Origin: Podarcis tiliguerta
Lineage: Eukaryota
Assembly (NCBI GenBank): GCA_965153285.1
Contig: OZ229111.1
Length of the DNA stretch: 64,000 nucleotides
Reading direction: 5' to 3' (one strand)
A program made the translations under genes and the position numbers. The notes below the pieces were generated by a model. The model searched no databases and had not been told where the DNA came from. It worked only from the letters and a program-made list of their open reading frames with translations. Shown one piece after another: positions 1 to 14,111 of the stretch. Positions within the stretch are counted from its first letter, which is position 1, and each line of letters opens with the position of its first letter.

Positions 1-262
1 GGCGGCCTTTGCAGCACTAACAGCTGTCAGCAGACTTGTTGAATCTGGGGCAGAAGGTTGCTTTTGCCATGGCACCGAGCTGGGCTCTGCACCTGCTCCC
101 ACAGCCTTCCACCTTGGGAGAGCCCGCTGGGCAGTGGAAATCTCCTGCCTGTTTCAACAGCGAGCTGAGATGTTGTGGCTGCAGTAAGATACAGCCTGAG
201 GCTGTTGAGTTAGGGGGCAGCCCTCATGCTTTGCTGTTGGGAACGCTGTGGCTCCAGCCTAG

Positions 263-601
<339 letters not shown>

Positions 602-3073
602 TAGCTGTGCCCGCCTTTCGCAGGAGGAAACAAATAGAGGGAGGGAGGGAAGGAAGAGAGATGGTTCCCATTGCTTGGGTTTTTGTATCATTCTGGCCAG
701 GCCTTCAAAGCTGGCAAATTGGCATCCCTTCCCCAGTTTGATTCCTTCCTCTTCCCCTCAGTGGTGAAGGGACACCATTTACAGGGTGACAGTGACCTAG
801 AAAACTAGAGTCTGATGCTGTGGGGCAGTATCTGCAAAGCAATGCTCTGCATCCTCCTTCCTGAGCACCACCATCCCCTGGGGTTCTGATGTCATAAGTC
901 CCTCAACGTTCAAAAGGTATCACCATCTTAGGCATACCTGTGGGGTTCTGTTTGTTTTTCAGATATGTGCACAGTCCTTGGGTGATCCAAGAATCTCACG
1001 TTTACTGTATTTAAAGCACTGCTATCAGGTAGACCTGAACCATAATCCTCTTCTAACCAAGGCATACAGAATGAATGGCATGCCCATAGTGGCATATGGG
1101 GTCTATGACACAACTAAGGAATACCCATAGGATGATGATAATAATAATTAGTTTTATCCAGCTTTTCAGCCAAAAAGCATCCCGGAGTGGTTTATAAATA
1201 GTGACAAAACAGTACCTGCCTGCAAGCTCACAATTTTAGAAGACATGGCACAAAAGGAAAAGGAATGCGTAGGGAGAAGGAGGGAAAACCATCTCAGGTA
1301 CTAGATCTAAGTTTCAGAGTTTTTGTAGTGACTGGCTGGGATGGAAATATTTGGAGAAGAGAAGCCAATGGAGGAAACATTGCTTTCTCTCTTATAGCCT
1401 GATGGAACAGCTGCTGATAAGATGACAGTTAAGGGAGTGACCTGTTGAAGCTGGTCTCTTAGAGCCAATGCAGAAGCCCTGCAGTCCCATCTCTCCCTCT
1501 CCTGTAGCCTGATGGACTGGCTGCTGATTGGAACTCTACGAAACCCAACACTGCGTGGTTATTCCTTAATTCTGTTACTTCTCAAGTTCCTGGCCTTCTT
1601 GGTCTCATGCAAAAAAGCAGGCACAAGGCACAAGCTGGATGTAAAACAAGTGAAATAGTAGTTTTAACTGGGCGTGCGAGCTTTCTAGTTTCCCAGAATG
1701 CAAAACAAATGTACCTTAGATGAACATTATGATGTAGCATGGCCTAATGAAGATTGTGAGCTAGGAAGTCTTCCTTATCTTTTTTAACAGGTTGGTCCAA
1801 TAAAATAAATAAATGTTAATTTATTTCTGCCTGCTCCTGCATGTAGAACGATGAGGCCCAAGCCTTTGGCTCAGGGTTGCCCTAGGCAATTTCTTTTAAC
1901 ACGAAAGCTGCTGCCCATAGATGTAGACACCCCAATGCAGCGATCTGTATTTCAGGGAACAGAGGAGGACAATCTTCTTAGCTTCTCTCCTTCGAATGTA
2001 ATAGAGGGACCATAATGTGGCTAAAGCAGAAGGACCTCAGAATAGTGAAATGCATTTATGGTCCTCCTTTCCTCTCCCTGCCCCCAATAATTTAAGGCTT
2101 GCTTAGGTTCTGGATGAGATGTGTGCAGATGCCAGCCCAACCTTGAGGCTGGTGTTTCTGGGGAACCTTCTGCCAGGGCACAAGTGGGGTGTACCACTGC
2201 AGTTTATTGGGCAACATGGTAGGGAAAAGGCATGGGGATGGCTCTCTGTCTGCTGCTTTTGTGTCTGGCTCTGCATGAGAGGCAGATGGATGAATATTCA
2301 TAAATGCCTGCTCTGCATTCAGGACCTACCTTGCCTCTTACAGATTCATCAGCAAAACGGCCCCAATCAGCATGGGCAAGTCAGATCTTCTTCTGTCATA
2401 CCACTCCCTCTAGCCAGGACAATGAGATGCATATCCAGAGTGCTTCTCCTTCCAGGACTTCATCTACCATCTTCTCACTGACACTTTTGTCAGCTGTCAC
2501 TTTTATTTCACTTTGTCCCTCACTGGTCTTCATTGTTGGCGGTCCTCTTGTATATATGAGTTTCTTCCTCCTAGAATTGTAGGTTCAGTTAAAATAAAAT
2601 GTGAATGTGAATGTATGTACAATTGCAGGCATCCACTGTAATTCATTTGATGCATTCCACCTCCCACCCCCCAAAAAAAATACAAGGTAGCAACAGAAAT
2701 CCTGGGTGAGATCAGGAAGAGTAGATCAGGAAGGGTAGTCGAAAGAGAGGAAATGGGAAGAAGGAAATATTAAGCCATTGCTGAAATATAGGCAAGAGAT
2801 TTAAGTGCACAGGTGCAATGGCACAAATTTGCTCTTGGGAGAAAAAGGGAGAGATTCTGATAAGGGACAGAGCAAGAGTGAGAAAGTGAGATGAGGGTAA
2901 GACTTCTGTCCACTAGTGAGGTCCAAACTTTTATGGGGGAAATTATATACATTGTGATGGCATTGTCCACATCACATCATGTTATTTATATGTCAGTCTG
3001 GACAGGCTCTTCACAGCAGAAGACTTAGGAAGCCACCCTTCCTTGAATATTGTTGTGGGCAGATATTACAGTA

Positions 3074-3315
3074 CAGTGGTACCTCGGGTTAAGTACTTAA
3101 TTCATTCTGGAGGTCCGTTCTTAACCTGAAACTGTTATTAACCTGAAGCACCACTTTAGCTAATGGGGCTTCCTGCTGCTGCCGCGCTGCTGGAGCACAA
3201 TTTCTATTCTCATCCAGAAGCAAAGTTCTTAACCCGAGGTAATATTTCTAGGTTAGCAGAGTCTGTAACCTGAAGCGTATGTAACCTGAAGTGTATGTAA
3301 CCCGCGGTACCACTG
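3074..3315. mobile_element. Tc1/mariner(pogo)-type MITE, family A
   Basis: TA|CAGTGGTACC...GGTACCACTG|TA: terminal inverted repeats (TIRs) and a TA target-site duplication (TSD). Near-identical copies at 13867, 32766 and 53004. Confidence 0.9.
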
Positions 3316-3341
3316 TATAGGCCCACCAGATGTCCTCAGAC

Positions 3342-3707
3342 CAGGGCCATCTTAAGCGTATCCAGTGCCATGGTGCAAAGCTCCCTCCGGCGCCCCCCAT
3401 TTCCCTGAGTTGTCGGCCTTTTTTTTTGGAGGACAGCGGGGCTGGAGGAAGTGGGCAGCAGTTGGAGGGCGGCTCCTCTGGCAGGAAAGAGGCGGAGGCT
3501 GGAGACAGTCCCTCCCGGCTCAGCTGGATGCTTCGTGCCAGCAGACGGAGGCTCCGGGCGTGGCCCTGCTTCGGTGTGGCATGGCGGAGGCGGGTGAGGG
3601 CGACGAGCTGGTACCGAGAGGTGCCGTGTCCAACCTCCGCCTCTTCCCTGGCGCCCTCCAGAACTTGGTGCCCCGCGTCACTAGCCTCTATGGGTAAGAT
3701 GCCCCTG
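3342..3707. mobile_element. CpG-rich hAT-type non-autonomous element
   Basis: TIRs CAGGGCCATCTTA / TAAGATGCCCCTG. Perfect 8-bp TSD CCTCAGAC at 3334-3341 and 3708-3715. Confidence 0.85.
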
Positions 3708-5365
3708 CCTCAGACTACAACTCCCATCAACCTTAGATAGCATTTGTTACCTTGTGGTTAATGGGAGTTGTAGTCCAAAAGATCTTCCTGCTTCAGACTT
3801 TGCTGCCTGTATCTCCCAGTCTTTCTTTGCCTCATTTTCTGTATCTCTCTGCTTAGGTCTTTAAATACAAATATTCGGGGCTGTGGAATGGCATGCTTAA
3901 AAAAAAAAGCACTCTTTTGCAACTACAAAATCAATTCTGCATCTGAAATAGATGATGCAGATTTTGACATGTGCATTCAGTCTAGCACTAAGTGGGGTGT
4001 GCATGCATGGAATGAGGTTTACTTGCGCAACAAGCCCCCCCCCCCAATGCTCCTGCCTGCCCCTAAACTTGTTCTGGGGGTTCCCCTAATCCTCCAGACT
4101 AGATTAAAGTGGTTCACAGTGACTGGGGACGGGAAGTCCCATTGCTTGAGCAGGCTTCATTTCATGCACATGGTAACTTGATTGAATCCCACCCATAGTT
4201 GCATGCATGGATATAAAATTTCTATTTAGTATTTACAGGTCTTTCCTTCCCCTTTTAACAATAGAAGAAAGAACATATAGAAAAGGCCTGGGGAAGAGGA
4301 TAGGAGTTGTAAGGATGGGGAGATGTTTATTGGAGGTTAAAGGGTGGGGCTGACATGTTAAGTGAACAAGGGATGCCCAAACCTCCTTCATTAGGGAGGG
4401 GCCGTGGCTCAGCGCTAGAGCATCTGCTTTGCATGCAGAAGGTCTCGAGTGGGATTCAATCTCATACCGCAAATACAGGATATGCCATTCTAGCTGATTG
4501 GGAGGTGTTGTACAAACAAACCCACGTAAAAGAACCCCAGCAACAACTCCATAGCCTTTTTTGGTGAGAAGGAAAGTGACAGGAAAATGCACTGGAAGTG
4601 TGGGGGTAAGCCTTGCTTTGATGCAATGTCATCACACCTCCTCACAAGCAAGCAAGAATGAATGCTCATTAAATAGCCACTGTCACTTAACTTCCCTGCA
4701 AACAAACCTGGATGAGTGCTCAACAAACAGGTTGCTTGGAAGTACCAAACATTTTGGTGGTGCTAGGAGAGCACTGAATCTGTGGGTGGTATGCAACAGT
4801 TACTCAGAGTGGAACTATTGAAATGAATGGACCTAAATTCAGTTATGTTTATTTTAATGGGTCTGCTCTGAGTAAAACCCTTTGTTGGAAGACTGCCGTG
4901 TAGTTTATAACATAGAACACAAATATTCATAGATAATATCTATACAGTGTAAAAATTCTATACAATATCAAAAGTGAAAGAGTTATATATAATAATAGTA
5001 ATTAAAATATATAATAAAATACAGCAACACCATAAAAATAAGGGAAGAGAAAATCGGCAGGAGGGTATCTAAATTACAAAAAATAGTGCACAAATATGGA
5101 ATCTTATCTCTATTGAAGAACTACATAGAGAGTACCCAAGCAGTCTGCCTCTCCTGCTGCTGTTATAAACTTGTGGATCTTGGGTTCACAGCAGCCAGCT
5201 GCAATAATCCAGTTCAGGGATGGGGAACTTGTGGCCCCCCATATGTTGTTTGACTTCAACCCCCACCGACCCTAAGTATACATCCTACAGTTTCCTCACC
5301 CCATGTTATCAAATGGTGGGGCAGCCTAATGGTTGCATGGTGACATGGAGAAAAACCTGAAATTA

Positions 5366-6052
5366 ATAGAATCATAGAATTGTAGATTTGGAAGGAACTC
5401 TGAGGGTCATCTGGTCCAACTCACTGCAATGAAGAAATCTCAACTGGATCATACATGACAGATGGCCATCCAACCTCTGCTTAAAAACCTCCAAGGAAGG
5501 AGAGTCCACCACTTCTTGTAGGAGTCGGTTCCAGTATTCAACAGCTCATACCATCAGAAAGTTCTTCCTGATGTTTAGTCAGAATCTCCTTTCTTGTAAC
5601 TTGTAGTCATTAGTTTGGGTTCTAGCTTATGGAGCCAGAGAAAACAAGCTTACTCCATTTTCCATGTGACAGCCCTTGATATATTTGAAGATGGCTATCA
5701 TCTCTTCTCTCAGTTTCCTCTTTACCTGGCTAAACATACTCAGTTCCCTCAACTGTTCCTCATAAGGTTTCCAGATCCTTGATCATCTTGATCGCCCTCT
5801 TCTGCACACGTTCCAGCTTGTCAGTATCCTTCTTAAATTGTGATGCCCAGAACTGGACACAGTAATCCAGGTGTGGTCTGACCAAAGCAGAGTAGAGCAG
5901 GACTATTACTTCCCTTGACCGGGACGCTATACTTCTGCTGATGCAGCCTAGAAGAGCACCAGCTTTTTTTGCTGCTGCATCACATTGTTGACGCATGTTA
6001 AGTTTGTAGTCTACTGAGACACCTAGATCCTTTTCACATGTACTACTGGCAA
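5366..6052 (-). mobile_element. CR1 LINE 3' fragment
   Basis: ORF 5760..5996 (LYSALVRPHLDYCVQFWA..LERVQKRA) is the C-terminus of CR1 ORF2. (ATTCTATG)n tail at 5366. Confidence 0.92.
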
Positions 6053-6530
6053 TCCAAGAGAGAGAAAATATTTGAGGCAGGTGGAACTCTCACTCCCTTT
6101 TCCGCTAAGATGTGCTGTTGTAGCCACAGCTGCCCTGAAGAAAAGAGGCAGGGCCTTTTGGTGTGAGGCCCCAAGGTGGCAGAAGAAGGCTATAGGTATA
6201 GAGAGGAAGAATAGGAGCTACTGCCATTGCTGCACACATGTAATGATGTGCACAGATCTCTGTGGAAAAGATGGTTGTGTGGGAAGGAATAAAATAGGAA
6301 AGGCCTGGGTCCAACATTTATTACACTAATCTAAGGGTATTTTGCCCATTACCAACTATTTTGTGCTAATGATTACCTTTTAAAGCCCAAAATGGTCTAG
6401 GATACCTTAGGCATCACCTCCCATCTCATTCCTGTCTGTCCCCCATAACCAGAAAGGGTCTGAGTCTCCTGCCTAAGGTGGAGGCACAACTGAGCGGAAT
6501 AAGGAATAACCTTCTTAGTGGTTGCACCCG

Positions 6531-6678
6531 TATCATAGAATCATAGAATTGTAGAGTCGGAAGGGACCATGAGGGTCATCTGGTCCAACTCCTTGCAATG
6601 CAGGAATCTTTTGCCCAACGTGGGGCTCAAACCCACAACCCTGAGATTAAGAGTCTCATGCTCTGCTGACTGAGCTAT
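6531..6678 (-). mobile_element. tRNA-Lys(CTT)-headed SINE with a CR1 3' tail
   Basis: 6678-6612 is a near-copy of tRNA-Lys-CTT (TAGCTCAGTC..AGAGCATGAGACTCTTAATCTCAGGGT.GTGGGTT.GAGCCCCACGTTGGGC). It is fused to a CR1 3' end terminating in ATTCTATGATTCTATG. Confidence 0.85.
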
Positions 6679-7489
6679 GAAGAGTTGTTGGCCACCTCCC
6701 CAACTGTTTTTCACCAGTTACTAAAGACTGGCTTTTATGAGGCGCATATATGTTGATCCTGTGTCTTTTTCAATAATTTATTTCATATTGCTTTATGAAA
6801 TTGTGCTGTGAGATGTTGTAAACCGCACTGACCGATATATTTACACTAGAAGGCCAGGATGTCAATATTTTAATAATCCCTGAATGATTATATGAATGAA
6901 CTTAGAATGAAGTGGGACCATTTTTGATTGTGAGTGGGCCTGTGGGGCCATATTTCTGAATGCTCCCCCATATTTTTTTAAAAAAACAAACAAACCTCCC
7001 TGCATGTACAGAATTAGCACACCAGGTAAAATGGCCAGATATAACCTTCACACTGATATGCTAGTGTGCATATGGAAGAACGTTACCAAAAAAGAATACC
7101 CTTATGTATCAGGACTTAGGGCTGGAGTCAACTTAATAGTTGTGCTCACAGGAGCTGGCATGAGTCCTACTAGCACAAGGAGGCTTTCCCCTTTTCTCCT
7201 TCCCACGCCCCACATGTCCCCAATCAGATCTGGAGGCTGGGGAGAGCCCCCAGGTCTGCATGCAGGGGGAAGAGAGAAGAGGTCATTCCATCAGGAAAGC
7301 TGAAACGCTTTGCACAGACAGAGCAATCTCCATAGCGCATAGGGTTGAATTCTACCCTTAGCCTGGATCCTCACAGGAGTAAGTAATGTGGCAATCCTGT
7401 GTTCACCTACCTGAGAGTAAGTCCTGTACATTATAATGCACTAGTATTTATTTCCAGTAAGTACCAATGAGTTTTTTTCCAGGGTGTTT

Positions 7490-7715
7490 GGTATGTTTAG
7501 CCTAGTGAAGAGGTGATAAATGTTTAATTTTTAGCCTGGAGGTAATGTGATAGTCACCTTCAAATATCTGATGAGCAATGGGTTCAAATGACAAGAAAAA
7601 AGATTAGGAAGAAGGCAGTGGACTCTCCTTTGTTAGAGGTTTTTAAGCAGAGGCTGGGTACCAAGAGTGTTTCTTGGGAGGGGGTTAGACTAGATGAGTT
7701 TTGAGGTCCTATCTA
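7490..7715 (+). mobile_element. Degraded CR1 3' fragment
   Basis: GGTATGTTTAGCCT..GAAGAG, GAGGTTTTTAAGCAGAGGCTGG and GGGTTAGACTAGATG, all similar to the CR1 at 15961. Confidence 0.65.
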
Positions 7716-8286
7716 ATTTTTTGCATAGGATCAGGCTGTCCATTATTCTGTTTTTTATATCAGGCTGTGACTTCTGTGGCTTATGTAGCCAAATTGTCAC
7801 CTCCCACATGCAAAAGGGTCATATCAGTACGTTGGGAGAACCTTAAGATTTGGAGAAGTAAAAAAAACCACCAAACCCTTTATAGCACCTAAGCACACTC
7901 AGTGGCCACAGAATGCTGACTAACTGGGGGAACAGAATGGAGCAGCATGGGGAAGGACTTAACTAATGGAAGAGTGAACAAGAGCAGTCCATGCTGCAAC
8001 ATTTCGTTGCAGGTTCCACTCATTTCCTTCTATTATCACTGTCTCAAATGCACAGAATTCTATTTGGCTAAAGAATCTGGTTGACAGGAGAATCTAGCCT
8101 TGTTGCACAGTAGAAAACCCAACCAGTCCACAAGACAGTAATTAATTATCTTCATTATTGCTGCATGCAAGCAAGGTAATGGAACAGAGAGGTAAAACAC
8201 CATTTTGCAAGCTTTTGATATCGAAGGTTGTCTGAAGAAAATGTTGGTTAGCAGGCTTAAGGTTTAACTAGGGCAACTATTTGGGA

Positions 8287-8460
8287 TAGGGCTGCAGCTC
8301 AGGGGCAGAGCATCCAACTTGCATGGTCAGTCCCTGACATCTCCAAGCAAGGCTGGGGATGTCTCCTGCTCGAAACTCTGGAGATCAGCTACCAGGCAGT
8401 GTTAAGACAGTCCTGACCAGGATGGGCCGTTGGGTCTGACTCAGCATAAGGCAGCTTCTT
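8287..8460 (+). mobile_element. tRNA-derived squamate SINE (Squam3-like); related copies at about 4397-4462 (+, head only), 23210-23360 (+), 55750-55912 (-) and 61140-61295 (-)
   Basis: GGGCTGCAGCTCAG..AGAGCA tRNA-like head, and a shared body ending GGTCTGACTCAG..TAAGGCAGCTTC. Confidence 0.6.
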
Positions 8461-9309
8461 GTAATCCTAACCAACCCATGTAAAGTGTTCTTGACTGGTG
8501 GGAGGGTAATTCTCACAAGCAGGGAATGTCAGAGGGAAATGAGGGGCAGATGCCATGTACTGCAGGGTATTGAATAGGGAGAGCTTCTGCTTTCCAGGCA
8601 GCCTCCCGTTCCCTAGGTATGCCCTGCATTCATTGTTCCTAGAGGGATGACCTTGCATCTGGCTGCAGCAACATGTTTCTTGGAACAGGCCCAGCATAGC
8701 AAGCAATTCAGAGAGCTGGAAGCGCCAGGTCCTTCCCATTAATTACCACTCTAGCCATTTTGTTTCTTGGGCATGCTTTATTGGCAGGGATTTTAAGACC
8801 TTTCTCCAGATTGCTGATTAAAAAAGCATATTGAAGACCGCTGGGCCTGCAGGCGATCCCTCTGGGATCTTAATGCAGACATCTCTGGTTTCGGCGCACT
8901 TAATCATTGGGTTGTGCACTTTATCGATATGGCGTGGTGCTACTTTCTTAATTGGAATGTCCTAAGGAAGCAAGTCCGAGTCCCTTAAAGCTGTTTTTTT
9001 TGTAATGACTCGGTTACCCTTATGAACCAGTGCTTGTAAATAATAAAAAGAGTGATCCCAGAAGATGCTGGGCAGCAACACTGACCATGTGGTCTGGGAA
9101 TTGGAAGAAGGGAGGGAGGGAGGGAGTGCTTGGAGGCTAGTTGGCTTCTCCAGTTGTGCCAGGAGGGCACAGTAGAACAAGGCAGGAGCGGCATCTGCAG
9201 GGAACTCCCAAGTAACTTGCTTTCCACCCTGTGCTAGATGTGCTACAGAAATCAGAGCAAGAGCACAAAGGAGAAGCAGCAAGCCACCACTTCAGTCCCG
9301 GGCCCTAAG

Positions 9310-9644
9310 CAGGGGCAGAATCTACTGTGAAACTAATGAATCTTAAGCTATTACCAGAGGGCCCCAGAAGTGAATTTAGTACACATTGCTTAAAATTTTT
9401 GGGTCTAGTAATCCCAATCTGAGCTGCACAACTCAATTTTATTTATTTATTTTTGGCTGTGTATAGTTCAACAATCCCATAGTTTGAGAGTCAGTAGCAC
9501 AGATGTTGTAAAGGTGTGGTGATCTATCATGGAACAACCCCATTGAAGAAGGTAACACTGGTTACCCAGACATTGTTGCTAGTTGCAAAGGGGTCCCCAT
9601 AAGAGTTCAAGCTTCAGGGCCCCCAAAATGTAGGTCCACCGCTG
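9310..9644. mobile_element. hAT-type non-autonomous element
   Basis: Perfect 8-bp TSD GCCCTAAG at 9302-9309 and 9645-9652, with imperfect CAG..CTAC / GTAG..CTG TIRs. Confidence 0.7.
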
Positions 9645-12600
9645 GCCCTAAGTGTGAGGAATGGATTTCTGTTTTTTAGGGTTCTATCCAGTGTTCATCA
9701 TATTCTGATAATGGACATGACTAACTTATGTCTATTAATTCCAGTGGGTTTCCTCTGCAGAGAGCTTAGTTGGATACAACCCTTAGTCTGCAAAGTGCTT
9801 CACTGTCTTTCCCCTACAGACTTTGGAAACTGGTGAGTGTTTCAGTTGACCTGGGAGACCATGTCCTAAGAGGGAGGCTACACTGTCAGGTCTTGCCTGC
9901 ATGCTGCATTGGAATTGCCTCCCAAGGGTCTCATCTCACGAGTATGTGGATGCAGAGGTGCTCAGTGGCAGTGGTCATGCTTTGAAAGTGAAGACCCAAG
10001 GCTCAGTCATTTGATGTGCATCAAAAGCCTGTTATCAATTGAGTAGATGGTGTTGGCTTAGAAGATCCAGTGTTCTGCATCGATATAGGCTGCTTTGTAT
10101 GTTCATAAGCTCCTTGCCTGAAAGCTTTTGTGAAACACTGTTATTCTTCACTGCCCTTGTCTCTTGTCTCAGTGTTCTGGTGGTGGTGAGGTAGGTCATT
10201 AATATCCCCATTTTGCAGTGTGAATGGTGACACAATCTCTCACCCAAGGTTTGACGTGCTTTGAGAGAAAATCCTATCCAAAGGGACCCCCAGATTTTGC
10301 AGTAAGAAGAGTAGAATTCTGCAACCTGTATAACTCACGCAGATTAGCAGTTTCCCCCCTCCCTTAATTATGCACAATTTATTCAGCTGCCCTGCCCACC
10401 ATGGGGAGTTGTAAGGAGCTATGAGGGCACTGAAGCCTCACACCCTGAACACTGGGCTTTTTATACAGTAACAACTCTGACTTCTGAGAATTACCCATAC
10501 AAGTTCAAGCCTATCTTTACAACCATAAGGTCTAGAAACATGCTTACTTATTTAAAAGAAAGTCGGGAGAGAAAACAGAGATTCTTAGGATGCTGAATTT
10601 TGCTGTCAATACCTCATTCTGCAGATTATTAGCCATCCAGTAAGTGCATGGTTGGTGAGGGATTTTTAGGTCTTTTATGGGCATGCTTGGAGCCCAAATT
10701 ACACTTGATGTTAAGTGGGTATTTGCTTCTTACTTTTGCTAATGGGAGATCCCTCCACCATCAAATACAATCTTTAGGGAGATGGGGGAAGAGGTCCTCA
10801 GAACTGCAGCAGGAGCAGAAAAGAGCTATACTTGTCCTCCACACTACTCTGATCCCATTTTCTCCCTGCCCCACAATCTGATACTTCCACATTTTTAAAA
10901 ACCTGCATGTTAAATGCAAAGGAAGATTTAACTTCAGCTCCAATTTAGCCATCAGTTTCTCCTGGCCCACACTTCCAAGGATCAAGGAGAACTGGACAAG
11001 AGGGGCTAGAATGCTGTGCTGGTGTTGATGCCTGATCCCTGCTATTCTGAACTGTGTATCTCCCTTCAGGCAGGTTTGCCATAGGGGGGGAAAATTGCTG
11101 AAATTGGTGAAGCTCTGGAGGTGTAAATTTGACCTCAAGGGACAGATGCTCACAAAGTATCCATTTTGGAATGGAGGTTGTTTACAAGAGCTCAGGTCAC
11201 CTCAATTGCTAGGCAGGCAGGGTGTGAAATCTTTGGCTGTGGCCTAACCTCTTTCTTGGCCGTCAGCATGATAATGCTCTTTGCCAAGGAGGGATTTAGC
11301 ATCTGCAGGACAATTGCTGGAAAGCTTCCAAAGGAGTAAAACAGCCCTTGTGCCAATTATACTGCTGGAAGGAGGTACTGGTAGTGGACGGGAGCCTCCG
11401 GCATGCTGGAGCCCTCCCTCCCCAACTGCCCAGGACTGTCTGGGATACTTTAGGTGCTATGCACACCTGACCCCAGCATGTCCCCATTGGACCTGTTAAG
11501 GGAGATCAGATCATAGCAGATTACGCTGCCTAAGAGATGACTTACTGTGACTGCTCTGACAGCGGCCTCCAGCCGTCACATACCACACTCTCCAATGCTG
11601 TGCACCCCTCTCCCCTGGCCGATTATGGGATTCCCTGCTGGGAGGGCTGGGTGCTGTGGTGTTAGCTGCATTTCCAGGACCTGGAAGGCTATATTTGCCT
11701 GCACATATGGGCTTGCAAGGGCAAGGCGCACATCCTTATTTTGAACAAAGCCCCCAGGCATGAGCAGGGAAGCTTGCAGAGGAGGAGATGCAGTGGCCTC
11801 ATATGTTTAAGCATGGATTCTGCTAGCAAATGCTCCAGAGAGGCAGAGGAACCTCAGGGAGAAATGCTGGATACAGCAGTGCTTGGAAAGGGTTGCTGGC
11901 CAGACAAATATGGCCAATGAAAGCACTGCTGGAGGGAGAGGGGCATGATTAATGCCACCCTTCCCCGGAAGAAGGCAATGTGAAAAGCACAGTGTGTCGA
12001 CCAAAGTCGTTTTTGCTCCCTGGTGGTTCAGCATTTTAAAAGGTTTTATTGCACCTGTTCCTGCCTTCATCCAGCTCCCCTCTTGCCCATTTTGTTGCCT
12101 GAAGCAGATAGCTTCACCTGGTGCATGACAGGGCTGGCTCAGGGGGAGCAGAGTTAAGGGCTAGCAAGGTAAGTTGATCCCACCTGCTGCTGCTTCAGGA
12201 TGCTCCACAAGGGGGTGGTGTAACCAGGAGCACTAAAACAATGTTGGGTATAGGATTGTAGAGTTGGGAGAGCTTCTGTCTGCCGCTGCCTGAAGGTTTT
12301 TGGAGAATCCATGAAAAGCAGTGGAGTTGGAGTGGGGGAATATAAGCTCCATGGAGATGAGGTGATATACTTTGGGGGCTCAGCTTTCTTTTAGTACAAG
12401 GCCTCAGCCTTGGCATATGTGAAACATTAATAAAGCGCCTTTGAATGTGTACAGATTGAATTCACTTGACTGCTTTTTTATTTTTATCTTGCCTTCTGTT
12501 ATAGAACTCAACAGTTTGCCTCCATAAATCTAGGTTTTGGAGCAGGCAGAGTTTTCCAGACGTGGCTCAAGCCACAACACACCTCCTGCTACGGTTTCTG

Positions 12601-13866
12601 CAAATTATCATAGCACGTTCTTTGCATATTCAGTCAAGCCTTGAGAGTTACACTTAAAATGGCCTCCTGCATGAGTCACTGCAGATTCAGGTAGATGTTG
12701 ATGTGATAGTTGTATTCCAAGAGCAGTTTCCCTTCACAGAGGAAGGCTCACCTACAAATACCACTGTACCCGATACACTGTACTCGATACAGCAAAGCCA
12801 TTGGATGCCCCGCACAGCACTTAATGGTGAGACCTGCCTGTGTCAAATGGCACTGCAAGTCACATTGTTTCATAGGCATGCATCTTTGCATAAGCTCACC
12901 CTCATGACTGTACCGTGCATGCAAGCTGCTAAGTCACAGCACAGCCAGAAGATAGATGTGGAGTCCTTAGGATTTTGGCGAGCTCAGCCACTCACCTCAC
13001 ATGTAGATTGTTTTTTAAAAAAAAGATTTTATTAATTTAGCATAGTTATTACAAATTAAAAGAAAATATTACAATTACATAACATATGTACAAAGTTCTC
13101 AATAATGTTATTAATAAAAAAGAAAAATATAGAAGAAAGAAAAAAGGAAAGAAAGAATAAATCTATAAAAAGGAAAAGAAAATTAGAAAAAGAAAAAAGA
13201 AGAAAATAGGAAGAGTTTCTTCCAAGTTTATTCTACATCTATTTCAATAAGTAAATAATAATAAAATTTCATTGATTGACTTCCACCGCTTACACTGCAC
13301 TTCCTATAAACATTTTAAACAAAGTTACAGTATATCTGTTATTCCATATTTTTTTCTCCCGTAGAATCCCACATAGATGATCAATTCAATAAACTATCTA
13401 GATCTCTCACAAGTCTACTCTAAATGTAACCAAAACCTTGTATTTGATCCTTGTCTGCATAAATTATCATTTAAACATTTCCATTGTTTCTGTACTATAC
13501 TTTTCGGTTTTTGTCTTATTAAATAAGTTAACTTTGCTAATTCCAAATATTCGCATAGTTTGTTCAATCATTCCTCTTTGGTTGGAATGTGGGAATGAAG
13601 ATTTATTATTTTGCAGCTTTTCTTTATCATCTCACAGGACAGAAACTGACGTAACTGTAGCTTTGATTTTGATACTACCTCATGAATTGAAAACTTAGCA
13701 GAACCCTGTGATATCTGGACTTTCATCTGGCCTTTGTTAAGATCTGTTAGCTAGGAAGTTCAGGCTTATCTATGTATATGTGATAAACCAGGTTCCATTT
13801 TGCTCTTTTGGATAATTGGAATTTAAGAGGTGGCTCGCAACACTGAAGAGCTGGGCTAGTACAGTA

Positions 13867-14111
13867 CAGTGGTACCTCGGGCTACATACGCTTCAGGTTA
13901 CATACGCTTCAAGTTACAGACTCTGCTAACCCAGAAATATTGCTTCAGGTTAAGAACTTTGCTTCAGGATGAGAACAGAAATCGTGCTCCGGTGGCGCAG
14001 CGGCAGCAGCAGGAGGTCCCATTAGCTAAAGTGGTGCTTCAGGTTAAGAACAGTTTCAGGTTAAGTACGGACCTCTGGAACGAATTAAGTACTTAGCCCG
14101 AGGTACCACTA
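13867..14111. mobile_element. Tc1/mariner-type MITE, family A (opposite orientation to the 3074 copy)
   Basis: CAGTGGTACCTCGGG TIRs, TA flanks and the same internal sequence. Confidence 0.9.

Noticed and set aside
6612-6678. Functional tRNA-Lys gene
   Set aside because: The 5' acceptor stem is missing, the D- and T-loops are mutated (CAGCAG, GGTTTGA) and it is fused to a CR1 tail.
13010-13700. AT-rich block as an L1/Tx1 3' end
   Set aside because: The composition is suggestive, but no ORF motif or TSD could be confirmed.
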